A DNA stretch of 63,416 nt, counting the filler, from Choristocarpus tenellus KU-1152 (lineage: Eukaryota; Protista; Phaeophyceae): assembly GCA_964200185.2 (NCBI GenBank). It is 12 parts of 12 records of this genome, joined end to end, with 100 filler letters (N's around TTAATTAATTAA, not from the genome) between each part and the next. Parts side by side here need not be neighbours in the genome. Positions count along the whole stretch, not along the records: positions 34,235 to 38,178 come from CAXNAD020017010.1; positions 38,279 to 41,154 come from CAXNAD020023998.1; positions 41,255 to 45,219 come from CAXNAD020016895.1; positions 45,320 to 48,072 come from CAXNAD020025038.1; positions 48,173 to 55,067 come from CAXNAD020007129.1; 7 more parts are not named here. One strand, 5' to 3'. The translations under genes were made by a program, and so were the position numbers. The notes beneath the pieces were generated by a model that saw nothing but the letters and a program-made list of their open reading frames with translations, did no database searches and was not told the origin of the DNA. Below are positions 37,711 to 49,845 of this stretch, piece by piece (within the stretch, counting starts at the first letter, position 1; every line of letters begins with the position of its first letter).

Positions 37711-37937
37711 CTGGAGGATATATATTGATGAGATTGTGGTTTTCTCTCCCAACCCCGTTTTTTCACCCTTACCGCATCCATATTGCGACATGGTATTAAG
37801 AAAATTATGATAACAAATTATAATAACAACAGATTAAATCTAAAAATATCAATAGATTATTCCATGAACTGTATTGCCTACATGAGCAAAAAGTTCAACT
37901 ACCAGAAGATCTTTAACGTACAAAGTTTGATCAAGTC

Positions 37938-37999
37938 AGGTACCACCGGGGTTCGAACCCGGGACCTTGTCGATGTCAACGACATGAAACCATGGCGCC
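37938..37999 (-). pseudogene. tRNA pseudogene with D-arm deletion
   Basis: Anticodon arm TGTCG-TTGACAT-CGACA and perfect T arm CCGGG-TTCGAAC-CCCGG; about 12 nt missing from the D arm. Confidence 0.7.
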
Positions 38000-39622
38000 C
38001 TGAAGATTGTACGATTGAGACAGTGTGGATTTCTTGTCCAAGCCATTTTTTCCCCTCACCACATCCATATTGCGACATGGTATTAAGAAAACTATGATCA
38101 CAAATGTGAATCGTGTGATTCTATGGCGGTGTGGTTCACTCAGGCAAGGGTGGCGAAGAGAATCACCGGACAAGATGGNNNNNNNNNNNNNNNNNNNNNN
38201 NNNNNNNNNNNNNNNNNNNNNNTTAATTAATTAANNNNNNNNNNNNNNNNNNNNNNNNNNNNNNNNNNNNNNNNNNNNCCCCCCCCAAGATACTTTGACC
38301 CAAGACACCCCCAACTCATATCCCCTGGTTGCATTGATTAGAGTATGGATCCTGCAGCTCCCACCACCGCCAACATTTTCCATGTATCCGAAGGTCTGAT
38401 GAAGGGAAGTCCTTATTCCCATGCGCCTTGAAAAGCACACTCACGTTGTCCATTTTGGGTAGCAGGAAGTAGGTTCTAATAGAATTTTTTGTCTCCACGA
38501 TTGCCAAAAAATCCACTTTCTAGAACCTTGATAGGGGCCTCATTGCACTGGGAACAATGAGAGCGAACAGAGGGGCAAACACTTCCAGCGTGCTAATGAA
38601 CATAAGTCGCAGAACGTAATGGCGCAAAACAAGAGCCAAATATCCCCAAGGCATACTTGTCCACCACGTGTGTGCGCCAGATGCATATTGTAGCTTCTCG
38701 CTCATTGGTTTCAGCCACATCCCACCACTGGATGCTCTCCCTCCTCTCTCCAGCTCTTTGCTGGATCCGTCTTGGCGTCTTGACTTTTAGTTTGGGGACT
38801 ATCCAGACATGTGGTTGTTGCTCCTCAACAAACACATCCTGCTTTGTTTTGGCTTTCCTGCACCTTTTTTTTTTGTTATGCAACAGATGGGATAGTACAG
38901 TTGCGCAATCTAATTTTGTCCACAGGGACTTGGGATAATCAAAAACTGAATTTCCTAAAAAGGCATCTAACGTTGAGGAGTTGAACTCACACAAAGAAAA
39001 CTGTTCAATTGACCCCATGTCAGGGACAAATAAAACCGTACTAATCATCGCATCACGAGAAGTTCCTACAATACAACACAATGTACATACTGTGCAAAAT
39101 AGGACAATCGTAAGGTGCACCCTGTTTTGTGTATATGAAATTAAGGCGTTGGATTCACTCCATCTAATGTAACTAATGAGATAGTACATCCAGATTATAT
39201 ATGGAGTTTGGCATTGCATTTAAAATACTCTGGCATAGCCGTTGACTTACATATGAGACACAAACATTGATATTAAAAAGCAATAGAAGAAACCTCACAA
39301 GGTCACTCTTCTAATTTCATCCACCCATTCTTTTCACTTTCAGCAAATGGGGTCGTGTGAGGCTCCACACCTTCTTGTCTTTACTACCGATCAAACAGCT
39401 TCACTTTTCCTAGGTCAATTACACACACATGCAGCAGCTGTAGACCCATTTCCCAACAATACACTATCATCCACCTTCCACCCCCCAGGTACAAGGCATA
39501 TACTGGGAGGGATCCATCGCTACTCTCTAATAGCAAGAATAGTATCCATCAAAACAATCAGCAAAGAGACATTCCGAGGTTGGTCACCACGAAGGGATGC
39601 AAAAAGTTGTGTTGAGGAAGAA

Positions 39623-39879
39623 GAGCCAAAGATCTTAGAGGGTAGAGCCGCGTCCATTTGGGTCAAAATCCAATGTTGCAATTTCGATGTAATTTTGGTT
39701 ATCGTGTTTGTTAGGAAGTGTCAATATCCTTGTTCCGGACACACCTTTTCATAACGTCTACATTTTACCTACTCCGAAATTATTTCGGAGTTGGAAAATG
39801 CCATAAAAAAAAACTAGGGAAGCCAAGCCCCAAATGGATAAACAGGGCAAAACTCGTACCCTCTAAGATACTTTCACTC
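39623..39879 (-). mobile_element. MITE family A, TSD AGAA
   Basis: AGAA at 39619-39622 and 39880-39883. Confidence 0.95.
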
Positions 39880-41254
39880 AGAAAAACAAGTCCAGAAAAG
39901 CTATTCATCTCCAGAGGTTCTTGCACAGTAGTAATAGTGTAACGAATATTACAAAAAACAGACCAAGCGAGACACATCCAAGTGGTTTCATAAGTTATGA
40001 CACTATCAATCAGATTCCAGAAAACCCATCACCAGATTCCTCAGCAACCACCAGCGAGAAGTTGAGCTGGTGGTCGCAGTTTTTTATTGGAGCAATATGG
40101 TGGATTGTGGTCTTGTCAAGATAGTCTACGCTTTTTCTCAGTTCTCCATGAAATGCTGGTGGACTCCATCTAGCATACAGGTTTTCCATTGGCTTTCTTT
40201 TTCTGTATGAACCCTCCATCCTTGGATTGAATCCCTAAAAGGGCGAGATATTCAACGTCCATTGGTTCTTTTCAATTCTTACCACAAGCAAACTCCTCAA
40301 ACATCAAGATTTTGGGGAGTCACTAATCATCCGATTGCTACACAATATATCGTGGAAACAGGAGTAGACTTTTTCAAAATGCCGTCTCAATGCCCTTGCA
40401 CTCAGGCTGGACCGAGTGTTCACAAAGGGTCTGATATACCTCAGATTAAATCTTGCCGCCAAGTTCGTTTTAGCATCATCTCTTCCAGCCGCTGCTGAAC
40501 CCTCTGTCCAGGTTACTGTAAGCCATCGTTCGGGAATGCAACCAAGGTCTAGCTGAGTGGATTATTTTTGCATTTGGCCTTCACATTTATTTTTGATTCA
40601 GGTTCTCGGTGAAATACTCTGGACTCTCTAGAGTACTAATTTGGCTAAGTTCCATTCTCTTTAGTTACAGCTTTCAGCTAACATTGGATCTCCAAGTAGA
40701 TCCAATAAATGACAAAGGTGCTTCATGAATCATAATCATCCCAGTCCAGTGAAGAGGAAAGAAAAGTAGTTGGTTGTGTTCATACTGAAAAATTATGTAG
40801 ATGATGTAGCTTGAGGATTTTCACAAATTGTGACACAGTTCCATATACATCATGCTAGTGCTTATTTCGGTCTCCAGACATGGTGAGAGCTAACCTTCCT
40901 TCCCCAGGCAAGGGTACTCGATTTGGAGGTATGAACCTCAGTGTGCACAGAGATATTGCGCGAAACTGATGACACACAGGGGTTATAAGGATGTTGCGTA
41001 TTCTACACCATTTTTGACAATATTTTGGATCATTTTTAAATGAGGACGGTGACCTGTTCTCAGATACACGTTTCATCTCATAGTTTAGGTATATGAAGTA
41101 AGGAAGGTGTAAGAAAGGAGATTGAGCTTCAAACCCCAAAGGGGGTGTCATTGCNNNNNNNNNNNNNNNNNNNNNNNNNNNNNNNNNNNNNNNNNNNNTT
41201 AATTAATTAANNNNNNNNNNNNNNNNNNNNNNNNNNNNNNNNNNNNNNNNNNNN

Positions 41255-41344
41255 AAATCACACAATAATCGCGCCATAAAAAAATTGACCCCAACTGGAC
41301 AGCCACCAACCCCCCCCCCTCCCCCCCCCCAGATAGTTTGAGCC
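41255..41344 (+). mobile_element. MITE family B fragment at contig start
   Basis: Family B body ending AGATAGTTTGAGCC. Similar contig-end fragments occur at 4807-4824, 23465-23488, 38279-38301 and 60805-60875. Confidence 0.85.
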
Positions 41345-44224
41345 ATGTCAAACCCTTGAGAAAATTCACAGACAAGAAGGTTTCCCCACGAGTGCTGACC
41401 TGTTTGCACACTGTGGTAAGGTTCTGCTTTCCGTTACCAACTAACCTGTTGAACCTTCAGGTCCTGGAGAGTACAACATTGAAGCTGGTACAAGCCTACG
41501 GAGTGGGAGCAGGAGAGCCTTCTTAGGCTCTGGCAGGGACACGGACATGAGCAGCGTGAAATCTGCCTCGGTGAGAAGGGCACGTAGGCATGCATTGAGG
41601 CCCAACAATCAGATGCAATTTTGGTGCTGGAGGTGTCCTTGAAATTCCGAAAAAAGTATGTAACGGAAGTACTTTGAATTCCATTCATTCAATTATCATT
41701 ATCGTACCGGGTTGAGGTCCGACTGAATTGCAGTTTGGCACCTACCCAACGATCTGCTCGGGCTCCTGGTTATGTGCTTGTATGACAACAAATGCAGGGG
41801 GTTCTCAATGCCTGAGAGGCAGAGACATAATCAGAATTGCTCCCTTCTCTCCTACCACTTGGTGACACTGTACCTCCTGACTCCTTTTGATCCTGTCATC
41901 CCTACACACCGCTACCTAACAAACAACACTTGAAACAAATGTGGACGGTTGCATGGGAGCAGCTGCCTGGACCCGGCAGCTACAATATTGCTCAGGCGTC
42001 TACCCCGCTGAGCCTTGTCCGGCTTAGTAACAAGACCGTCCATGCTTTCCAAGAAGAGCTCAACATTTTATAGGGGTCTTAGTGGCCCAAGGCGGTTTAT
42101 TGTCGCTTCTCAGGATTATCTTTCTTTCTAGATAAAGAGGAGGATATAGGACGACTGGTGCAATCAAACTACGCAAAGAGATTGATTCACAATGGCTCAA
42201 CAGAGAGGTAGAGGCAGGAGTGGATTCACGGGCAGGGGTGTGAGTAGTGACAGAGAGGATGGACTGCACTGTACTATGGACACATCATAGGCGCACAAGA
42301 TTGTCATTAGTTGCAGGATTTGTGTGGATGAAATTGGTGATGAAAAGAAGGTTTTTGTATATCGTGGAGGGAAAGAGGTTGTGCTCAGGGTGTCCTACTT
42401 ATAATCCCCTCATCAGCAGCATGCCCATGAAATGCATACTTAATTATTTTTTTTCGAGAGGGGGGTATAGTAGTAGGAACTTACCCCCTCCAGCATCACA
42501 CACTGTTGATAAAGATAAGGACATGCGGTTGCCATGGTTCCAGGGTACTCCTTTCTTGTTGTTCCAAATGAAGCTGATACAGATTGTTTTCACTGCACTC
42601 CATACTTGGGAATGTTTAAGCGCACATATTGCTACACGGTAAGGGATCCAAGAAACTCGTAGGATAGATCCCAAGTCTTGTCATGGAATACATTGTGACA
42701 GCTCTTCCTAACCCTTCCAACCCACCCCACCCCTCCTTTGTGCCTCCATTAGATGAGATAATCCGTGTCTAGGTCAATAGACAAGCATGCCCAAGTAAAG
42801 GTATTTTCGAAATGAAGGTAGTTTTCTTCCTCATCACACTTTGTGTCGTTAGCCGCCACCTTACTGCCGATCTACTCTGGATTCGTAAATGCTCACCGCA
42901 TGCCCTTATGAAAAATAAATAAATGAGTGTGCACATATACTATTGTCCAAGGGAGGAAAGTAGTTGTCCTGTCTCAAATTGTTCTTTTTCCTTCTCACTA
43001 CTTCGTACTTGACACATCACATTTCGTCCCTGCTGACAATATTCCTTTGTCAGAACAAACTTCGTTTTTTTTTTGGAGCCAACTATTGATTTTGGCACCA
43101 CATCTCCACTACTGTGTCAGGTGCCCAAGTTATTTGTCAACCGTATGCACATACGTGGACATACATGTTTCAGTGAATGTGTTCTTAATTTCAGAAGTTA
43201 ATGCCTAGCTTAAGCAGACTTTACGAGAAAGAATAGTTGCCGAATGTTCACTACTCCGGAGTCCCATCGAACAGTGGATTTTAATAATTGAGGATGGAGT
43301 GGGGCTATGAGGATGGTTGTTCTGCGAAAACGGTCTTGAAAAAGTACCGAAAGGTTTATTTTTGCAACTGTTTTTGCACTTGGAAGGGCCCGGGATATGT
43401 TCTTTTTTTGGAAATGTTTCGGCACTTTTTAAGGGTCAGGATATATTTTTGTTCAAATATTACGGTGCTTTTTGTAGAGGGCCTGCAGCTCTTCACCCAG
43501 CTGTGTCCTGGTGAATATGTTCTTCCCTTTTTTTATCCCACGGGAGAACCTGAAGAAGGTGAAACGCATGCAGGCAAGTTAATTTCGAGGCGGGGGCGAA
43601 AGAAGCGAAGTGGAGAACCAACATATACATGCAGGCACATACATGCTCCGATGAGTCATGTATACGGAAGTATAGATATGAAAATGGGTGATGCGTATAT
43701 ATTTATTTTTTTATTTGTTTGGGGAGTATGTTATGAAACAGTTTAGGCAGCAGCTCTTCTTGTAGGTAAATTTTGTTGTGGGGAAATGAAAAGCCAATAT
43801 ATCAATTACAGCGTTCAACCATAAACCTTCCATTGGTGCAACAAGTGTGAGCTGCAAGCCTCGAGGCAGTATCTGTCCGCGTAAAAACATTATGTGGCTA
43901 TCGAACTTGCATATAGATATTGCCTAAATACCTGGAGAAGATCTGGTCGATTTTGATGTGCGTGTGCCCCACCATCATAAAATGTATCTCGACAACAACA
44001 CAAATGACACTCGCCGCAACCAACAACCCCGCATATCCGAGAAAGAAATTGTAGATGGTTACGAGTAGCCAACTTTGTGCACGCAGTTACCCACACCACC
44101 ACCACTGGAAATCGCGAATCCCCAAGTCTTTGCTGTGATCGAGAATACGTCGTAACGTCCCCATTCCCACACAAACAAAAAACATAAGAGCATGCTGCAG
44201 TACACCACAACATCTTTAACCAAC

Positions 44225-44242
44225 TAACCCTAACCCTAACCC
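44225..44242. repeat. Interstitial telomere-like (TAACCC)3
   Basis: TAACCCTAACCCTAACCC read directly. Confidence 0.7.
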
Positions 44243-44551
44243 ATACATATATGACAAAACCTTATCGCACGGCCAAACCCACTTCACTGCCACATTATTG
44301 GACTGTCACATATACGCACGTGATGCTACAGGTATCCACGTCTCTCGCTCAAGAGCGCGTGATAGGCCCTTCCTGCCTGCCGAGAGTCTTAGGACAGACC
44401 ATCGTCCCAATGGAGATGCAGCGATGTTTCGCTGAGGCCGTCCGTCCATCCTCAGGGAAAGGCGATGGGACGCGATGAGGCGACCATATTCGTGGCAAAG
44501 GAAGTTGCAACGGGGTTAGGCTACCAGGTCGAGGTGAATGTGGTATGGAAT

Positions 44552-44909
44552 GAGTGAAAGTATCTTAGAGGGAAATAATTTTTAACTGTTTGTCCATTTG
44601 TGGTGCTTGGCACATGATGGACTTTTTTTTCTGACGTTTTCCGTCTCATTGGTATGTTTCGGAGTAGTAGGCAAAATGTATACGTTTGTGGGGCTTGGCT
44701 TCCCACGTTTTTTTTTTTTTTTATGACATCAGCCGGCTCTGAAAATGTCTCGGAGTATGTAAAATGTATACGTCGTGAAAGGCGTGTCCGAAATTCTGAT
44801 ATTGACACTACTTCCTAACAAACACGATATCCAAGATTTCACCAAAATCTCAACATAATATTTTGACGACCAAATTTACGTGGCTCTTCCCCCTAATACA
44901 CTTTGGCTC
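44552..44909 (+). mobile_element. Long variant of MITE family A (358 bp), TSD GAAT
   Basis: GAAT at 44548-44551 and 44910-44913; internal segment duplicated. Confidence 0.9.
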
Positions 44910-46072
44910 GAATGCGCTGATTTACTGATTTTGTTAAGATCGAACAATATAGTTTAGTTACCAACACACACGATATACAATTTGTTTTTGTTCGTAAGTC
45001 CTAACCTACTTAATGCGGCACCCAAACACGACATAGTGTACACATATGTGGCCCTTATGGGTAGCATTGCGTCGGTAGCGTGTGTGACTTCTTGCCACAA
45101 CAATGTTGCCGTCCCTGCACCACCTTCTTCAGACGGTATTACCTCCAATTAACTAACACTCATAAATCGCCGTACTATAACCCCCCATCAACACCCCTTG
45201 ACCCCACCCAACCCCACCGNNNNNNNNNNNNNNNNNNNNNNNNNNNNNNNNNNNNNNNNNNNNTTAATTAATTAANNNNNNNNNNNNNNNNNNNNNNNNN
45301 NNNNNNNNNNNNNNNNNNNCTCTGTGTGATGGCCTTCAAACAGGATAAAGATACAGCGACAGCATCTTACAAGGTAACCTCGACGCCGTCTATGATACAA
45401 AATACATTTTGCTATATTCCTTCCAGACCAGTTTTGAATCCTAACCAGAAATCAAGACAAAGTAAACAACAATCTTGTTGAAGTAAGGAGGTCGCCAAGA
45501 TGTAAGAGAAGAACATCAACCACACAATGCTCTTTGTCCCTCCCCTGCAACAAAAAAATTCAGACGACCGCAGAAATGCGCGCCTTGAATCATAGCAGAT
45601 ATACAGGGACCCCAACCGAAGAGACCAAGGTTGCTGGAAGCACGCACACAGTAGTCACCGTACAGCAGTCGATCAGTCCTGGGGAAAGTCACGTTTCGTT
45701 TGTTGCCCTTCAGATAACTCAATAATCGGTGGCTTCAGAAAACAAGCAATTGCATGTGGATCAAGTACAAAAAAAGATCTCTCAGCAAGGACGGCAGATG
45801 ACGCCAACTCTTAACTGCATGCCTGTCAACTATCGGTTGGAGAATGAGAGAGAAGAGAAGTCAGCAGACAAAGAGTATCCACCCAATCCTGCATTCATAT
45901 CATACACACGTACCCTGCTCTGTACAGTGAGCAGCAGTTGAAAGGTGGGAGTCGACAATATGCATACAAGGCGAAGTGGCAACAATCGGGCATGCTACAA
46001 TGACTATCCCGATAGACCATACCCCGATAGACCATATCTGGCCAGGAAGAAGGAGCTCATGGCTTTCTCCTC

Positions 46073-46474
46073 TCAATCCAAGAGACGGCGTTTGTAGGGT
46101 TTGCTCTTTTGGATAGTTTTTCCGCTAGAGCAAAGCGGGAAATGCTTTCCCTTCTTGGCCTTCTTCTTCAGAACAGACTTCTTGAAAAAGCAACTACGGC
46201 AGTTCGTTATGCCTTTCTTCCCACAACCGCTCCGGAGCAACGGATCTCCCTGCCTTGCTGTACACCTCTCGTCACAGAAGTTGGTCTTCTTCTTCTTCGT
46301 CCCATCCTTTCTTATCTCGCTCTTCGTTTTGCACTCGGTTCCACACGTCGGCATCTGTAGGCCACGCTGCACTCTCGTTACCACCCTCGATTCTTCAACG
46401 GCCCTGGAGCAGGCAATTCCCACCAGAAGGGACACTAGCAGGAAGACGATTCGCAGGACCCGTGAAGTCAACAT
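46073..46474 (-). CDS. Small secreted Cys-rich, Lys/Arg-rich protein (133 aa)
   Basis: ATG at 46474; signal-peptide-like MLTSRVLRIVFLLVSLLVGIACSRA; RGLQ propeptide-like site; 8 Cys in the mature part; single exon with coding-like GC. Confidence 0.75.
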   Translation of the reverse strand: MLTSRVLRIVFLLVSLLVGIACSRAVEESRVVTRVQRGLQMPTCGTECKTKSEIRKDGTKKKKTNFCDERCTARQGDPLLRSGCGKKGITNCRSCFFKKSVLKKKAKKGKHFPLCSSGKTIQKSKPYKRRLLD

Positions 46475-47649
46475 ATTGCCTTTACTACTGCTCGTTGCTT
46501 CTCTGGAGAGAATGACCAACCAACCTCAAAGGTGTGTGTAAGTAGTGGAAAGTTGAAGTATGTAGGGCGGGGACGCTATGAGTTCATAACTTACGTGTAT
46601 TACTTGCTGTGATTCTCTCCTCTATTGAAGTACGAACCATTATACCAGTTATTCCTCCACATAACCATACACTGCATCTTTGGACTTCGTGAGATGGGTT
46701 TGAGATCAAAGAACAGGATATATACACCTCTCATAGAGTTATAGTTCCAAAAAAAACCCCGTACATTAGTCTCAAAACATGTACATACAGTACTCTACGT
46801 ACATCATATATGGCTCAGACTGTTATCGCATTCTGAATATCATAACTTAACCACCGTTTTAAGGAATATCGCCCTCAAAACCATCACACGACGAAGTGCA
46901 AAAGTGGATGGTACACTTTTGACCGGAAGAATCTGTAGAATAATTATGGTTCATAGAATATTGATGAACTGAAAGAATCCCTACAAGTATGGTTCGTAGA
47001 TAAATTATGGTAAAATATGTCTATGTAGTCTTATACATCTTCATATTCAACCTATTGTTGATCCTCCCACACCCCTAACGATCATATATGTATATATATA
47101 GTATAATTGGGTACGGAGGGTTTGTTGGATTCTTGGGATGCCTCCCTAACTCCTCACTCTAAGGTACAGGAATAGGTAGATTTGAGGAACAGAAAGGCAT
47201 TGGTGCAACATAGATAGTAGTGAAGTAACAAATAGATTAGTGTTTTTCACACTTGTGACATACTTTGCTTCTTTAGGAATTATACTGACATGTGAATAGT
47301 TTTCATTGGTTTTCCCCCTGACACATCTGTACAATGTCAGAGGGCATAATAGTAAAAAATATTATATATAATACTAACGATCAAAGATATACTATACAAT
47401 ATTGTTACGCTATTCGACATTCTACGGATGTGTCAGGGGAAAGCCAACACAATATCATAAGAACTCCTGTAAAAGTAACAATTTTCGAAAAGGTTAAAGG
47501 TATCTCTCTAGAATATATTAACTATTGACTACTCGCTATATGCTACACCACTCCTCTCCTATGCCTTAAACTAAGCTTAGCCCTATACCACAGGGTGAGG
47601 AGCTAGGGAAGCATCCCTAGATGTTCGTTCTATCCTTAGTATGTGCAAT

Positions 47650-48018
47650 TTTTGTCGAAATGTGTTTATTTGCAGATTTGACGGAACCCCTCCCAAAATT
47701 CACTAATAAAGAGTCCTTAACACGCCCTTCCCGTGAATTAGGAAAAGCATGGACATCAATCCATGATACTGCATCTACTGAAATGAAAACGGCTTTGATC
47801 TCGACCCCTCTCTTATACTATCCGAAGTCTTCGAAATCCTTTGTGGTGGTACACATGTGGATGTATCAAATTTGGGCAGCGGTGGTCTTCTAGCTCAAAT
47901 AGGGTCTGAAGACATGACTGACACCTCGTTTCATATTGTAGCCTATTTCAGCAGAGATTTATTTCATGGAGTCCAAAGAAATTACTCCGCCACAAATAAA
48001 GATTGTTTAGCACTGCGT
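47650..48018 (+). mobile_element. Ty3/gypsy RT-connection/RNase H fragment
   Basis: LTEPL..WT..MKTALISTPLLYYP..F, frameshift, DVSNLGSGGLLAQ..VAYFSR..QRNYSATNKDCLAL; cut by a MITE. Confidence 0.85.
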
Positions 48019-48072
48019 AAGTCAAAGTATCTTAGAGGGTAGAGTCGCGTCCATTTGGGGGCCAAATTCCAA
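48019..48072 (-). mobile_element. MITE family A end at contig break
   Basis: AAGTCAAAGTATCTTAGAGGGTAGAGTCGCGTCCATTTGGGG. Confidence 0.88.
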
Positions 48073-49291
48073 NNNNNNNNNNNNNNNNNNNNNNNNNNNN
48101 NNNNNNNNNNNNNNNNTTAATTAATTAANNNNNNNNNNNNNNNNNNNNNNNNNNNNNNNNNNNNNNNNNNNNAGAGAGAATGCACCATACGGGAGCTTTG
48201 TCTCTGTTGAGGGGGGGGGGGGGGCTGATGACTGACTATCTAGTAGAAGCCATCACTCAAGTTTATGCCATCAAAAGTTAAGAGCAGTAGATTTTTTGAT
48301 GGCTGTAGTGGGAAAATAGGAAACTATGATAGAAATCACCTGTCATGTGTTCAATATTTGATCATCATATTTGGCGATTTGAAATGCATTGGTGTCCATG
48401 GGGAACAATGTCAAGAAATGCATTTCTTGACTAACATTCGAAGGAAATATTCAAAAGTCAAATGCATTTCTTGACTAACATGCTTGAGCGTTTTGACTTG
48501 CAGCACTATGGATCCAATATTCAAAAGTCAGCACTGACAAACATTCTCTGATTGGTGATAGACCACAGCCTTATAATATAATGGGAATACAATAGTATGA
48601 TGAAGGTCAATGGAATGGCTGGGAGTACCAAGTGAGTAGTAGAGATGTAGGCACAACACCCAAATGTGAATGATGAGTAACTTTAGTCCTGCCAGATAGT
48701 TATCCTGAGGAGAGTTGAATCACGTCAAGATAAAAATTATTATAATTTCTACAACTGATACATACTTATAATATTTGTATTACTACTCTAATTATAGTAC
48801 AAATGGTATTGTAAATCCATATTGGTATGCTCGTTATTAGAATCATAACAATTAGTAAAAACTACTAGTAGGACCATAATTTGTTTCTAAGAAGTATATT
48901 AATATTAGTAGCATCATGATCATTACACTAATGTTACTATAATTAATAGTATTAAAAAAATATGGTACAATAAGGAGAGATTGGGTGATATATAGGACAT
49001 GTTTTCAAAAGTAACAACTGCATCAATAGGAAAGGTTGAACGCCACATTGAGCCAACAGGACACATTTGCCATGTAAACTCTTCAAACTCTTTTGTCTTG
49101 CTTGTTGGGATTATTCAGAAGGGTGTCCTCCTGCAGATGCTCTATGGAAGCACGTGCCATGGTTGTGAGGACCAGACCTACTGTAGTTGCGCTGTCTTGC
49201 ATTATTTATCAGTGTCAAATGAACTAAATTAATTTTGACATTCAATACGCTTCATAGTACAACACCAGTAGGCCACCTCATATTGTAACCA

Positions 49292-49617
49292 GGCCCAAAG
49301 TATCTGGGGGGAGGGGGGGGGGCTACACCAGGGTGTCCATTTGGGCCATGACCAGGAAAAGTGCACTTACATTATTTGTATGACACGCCCTTCAAGAGAC
49401 CACCCCCGGGGGGCCCCTTGATGTTGTACGCGGCGCAGAGGGGGGGGGGGGGGGGGGGGGGGGTCTACACCAGGGTGTCCATTTGGGCCATGACCAGGAA
49501 AAGTGCACTTACATTATTTATCCAACACATGCAACCAAATCACCCTAAAATTGCGACATGAAAAAATTGACCCCAAATTGACAGCCACCACCCTCCGCCC
49601 CCCAGATACTTTGAGTC
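49292..49617 (+). mobile_element. MITE family B with internal duplication (probably an assembly artefact)
   Basis: Both TIRs present; flanks CCA/ACA; about 55 bp repeated around a long G run. Confidence 0.85.
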
Positions 49618-49845
49618 ACAATATTTGTATGGTGTGAGAGATCATCCGATGACTCTTGGCAACAAAAGGGCTGTAGTACTAGTTTATTAAAAAAAATGCC
49701 AGAGGAGAAGAAAATGAGAAGAGCGTTCACATGAAGAAAAAAAACTGTAGCGCCACACTGCAGGAACTATGCTGCCAATTGGAGGGCCTACAATCACGGA
49801 AGAGGGAAGAGGAATGTACTGTGTGGGGGCTACCGTTTTGGTCAC

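Larger units (their letters stand above)
37445..38105 (-). repeat. About 300-bp tandem repeat (about 2.3 units), each full unit carrying a degenerate tRNA
   Basis: CATATTGCGACATGGTATT recurs at 37475, 37779 and 38066. Confidence 0.9.
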
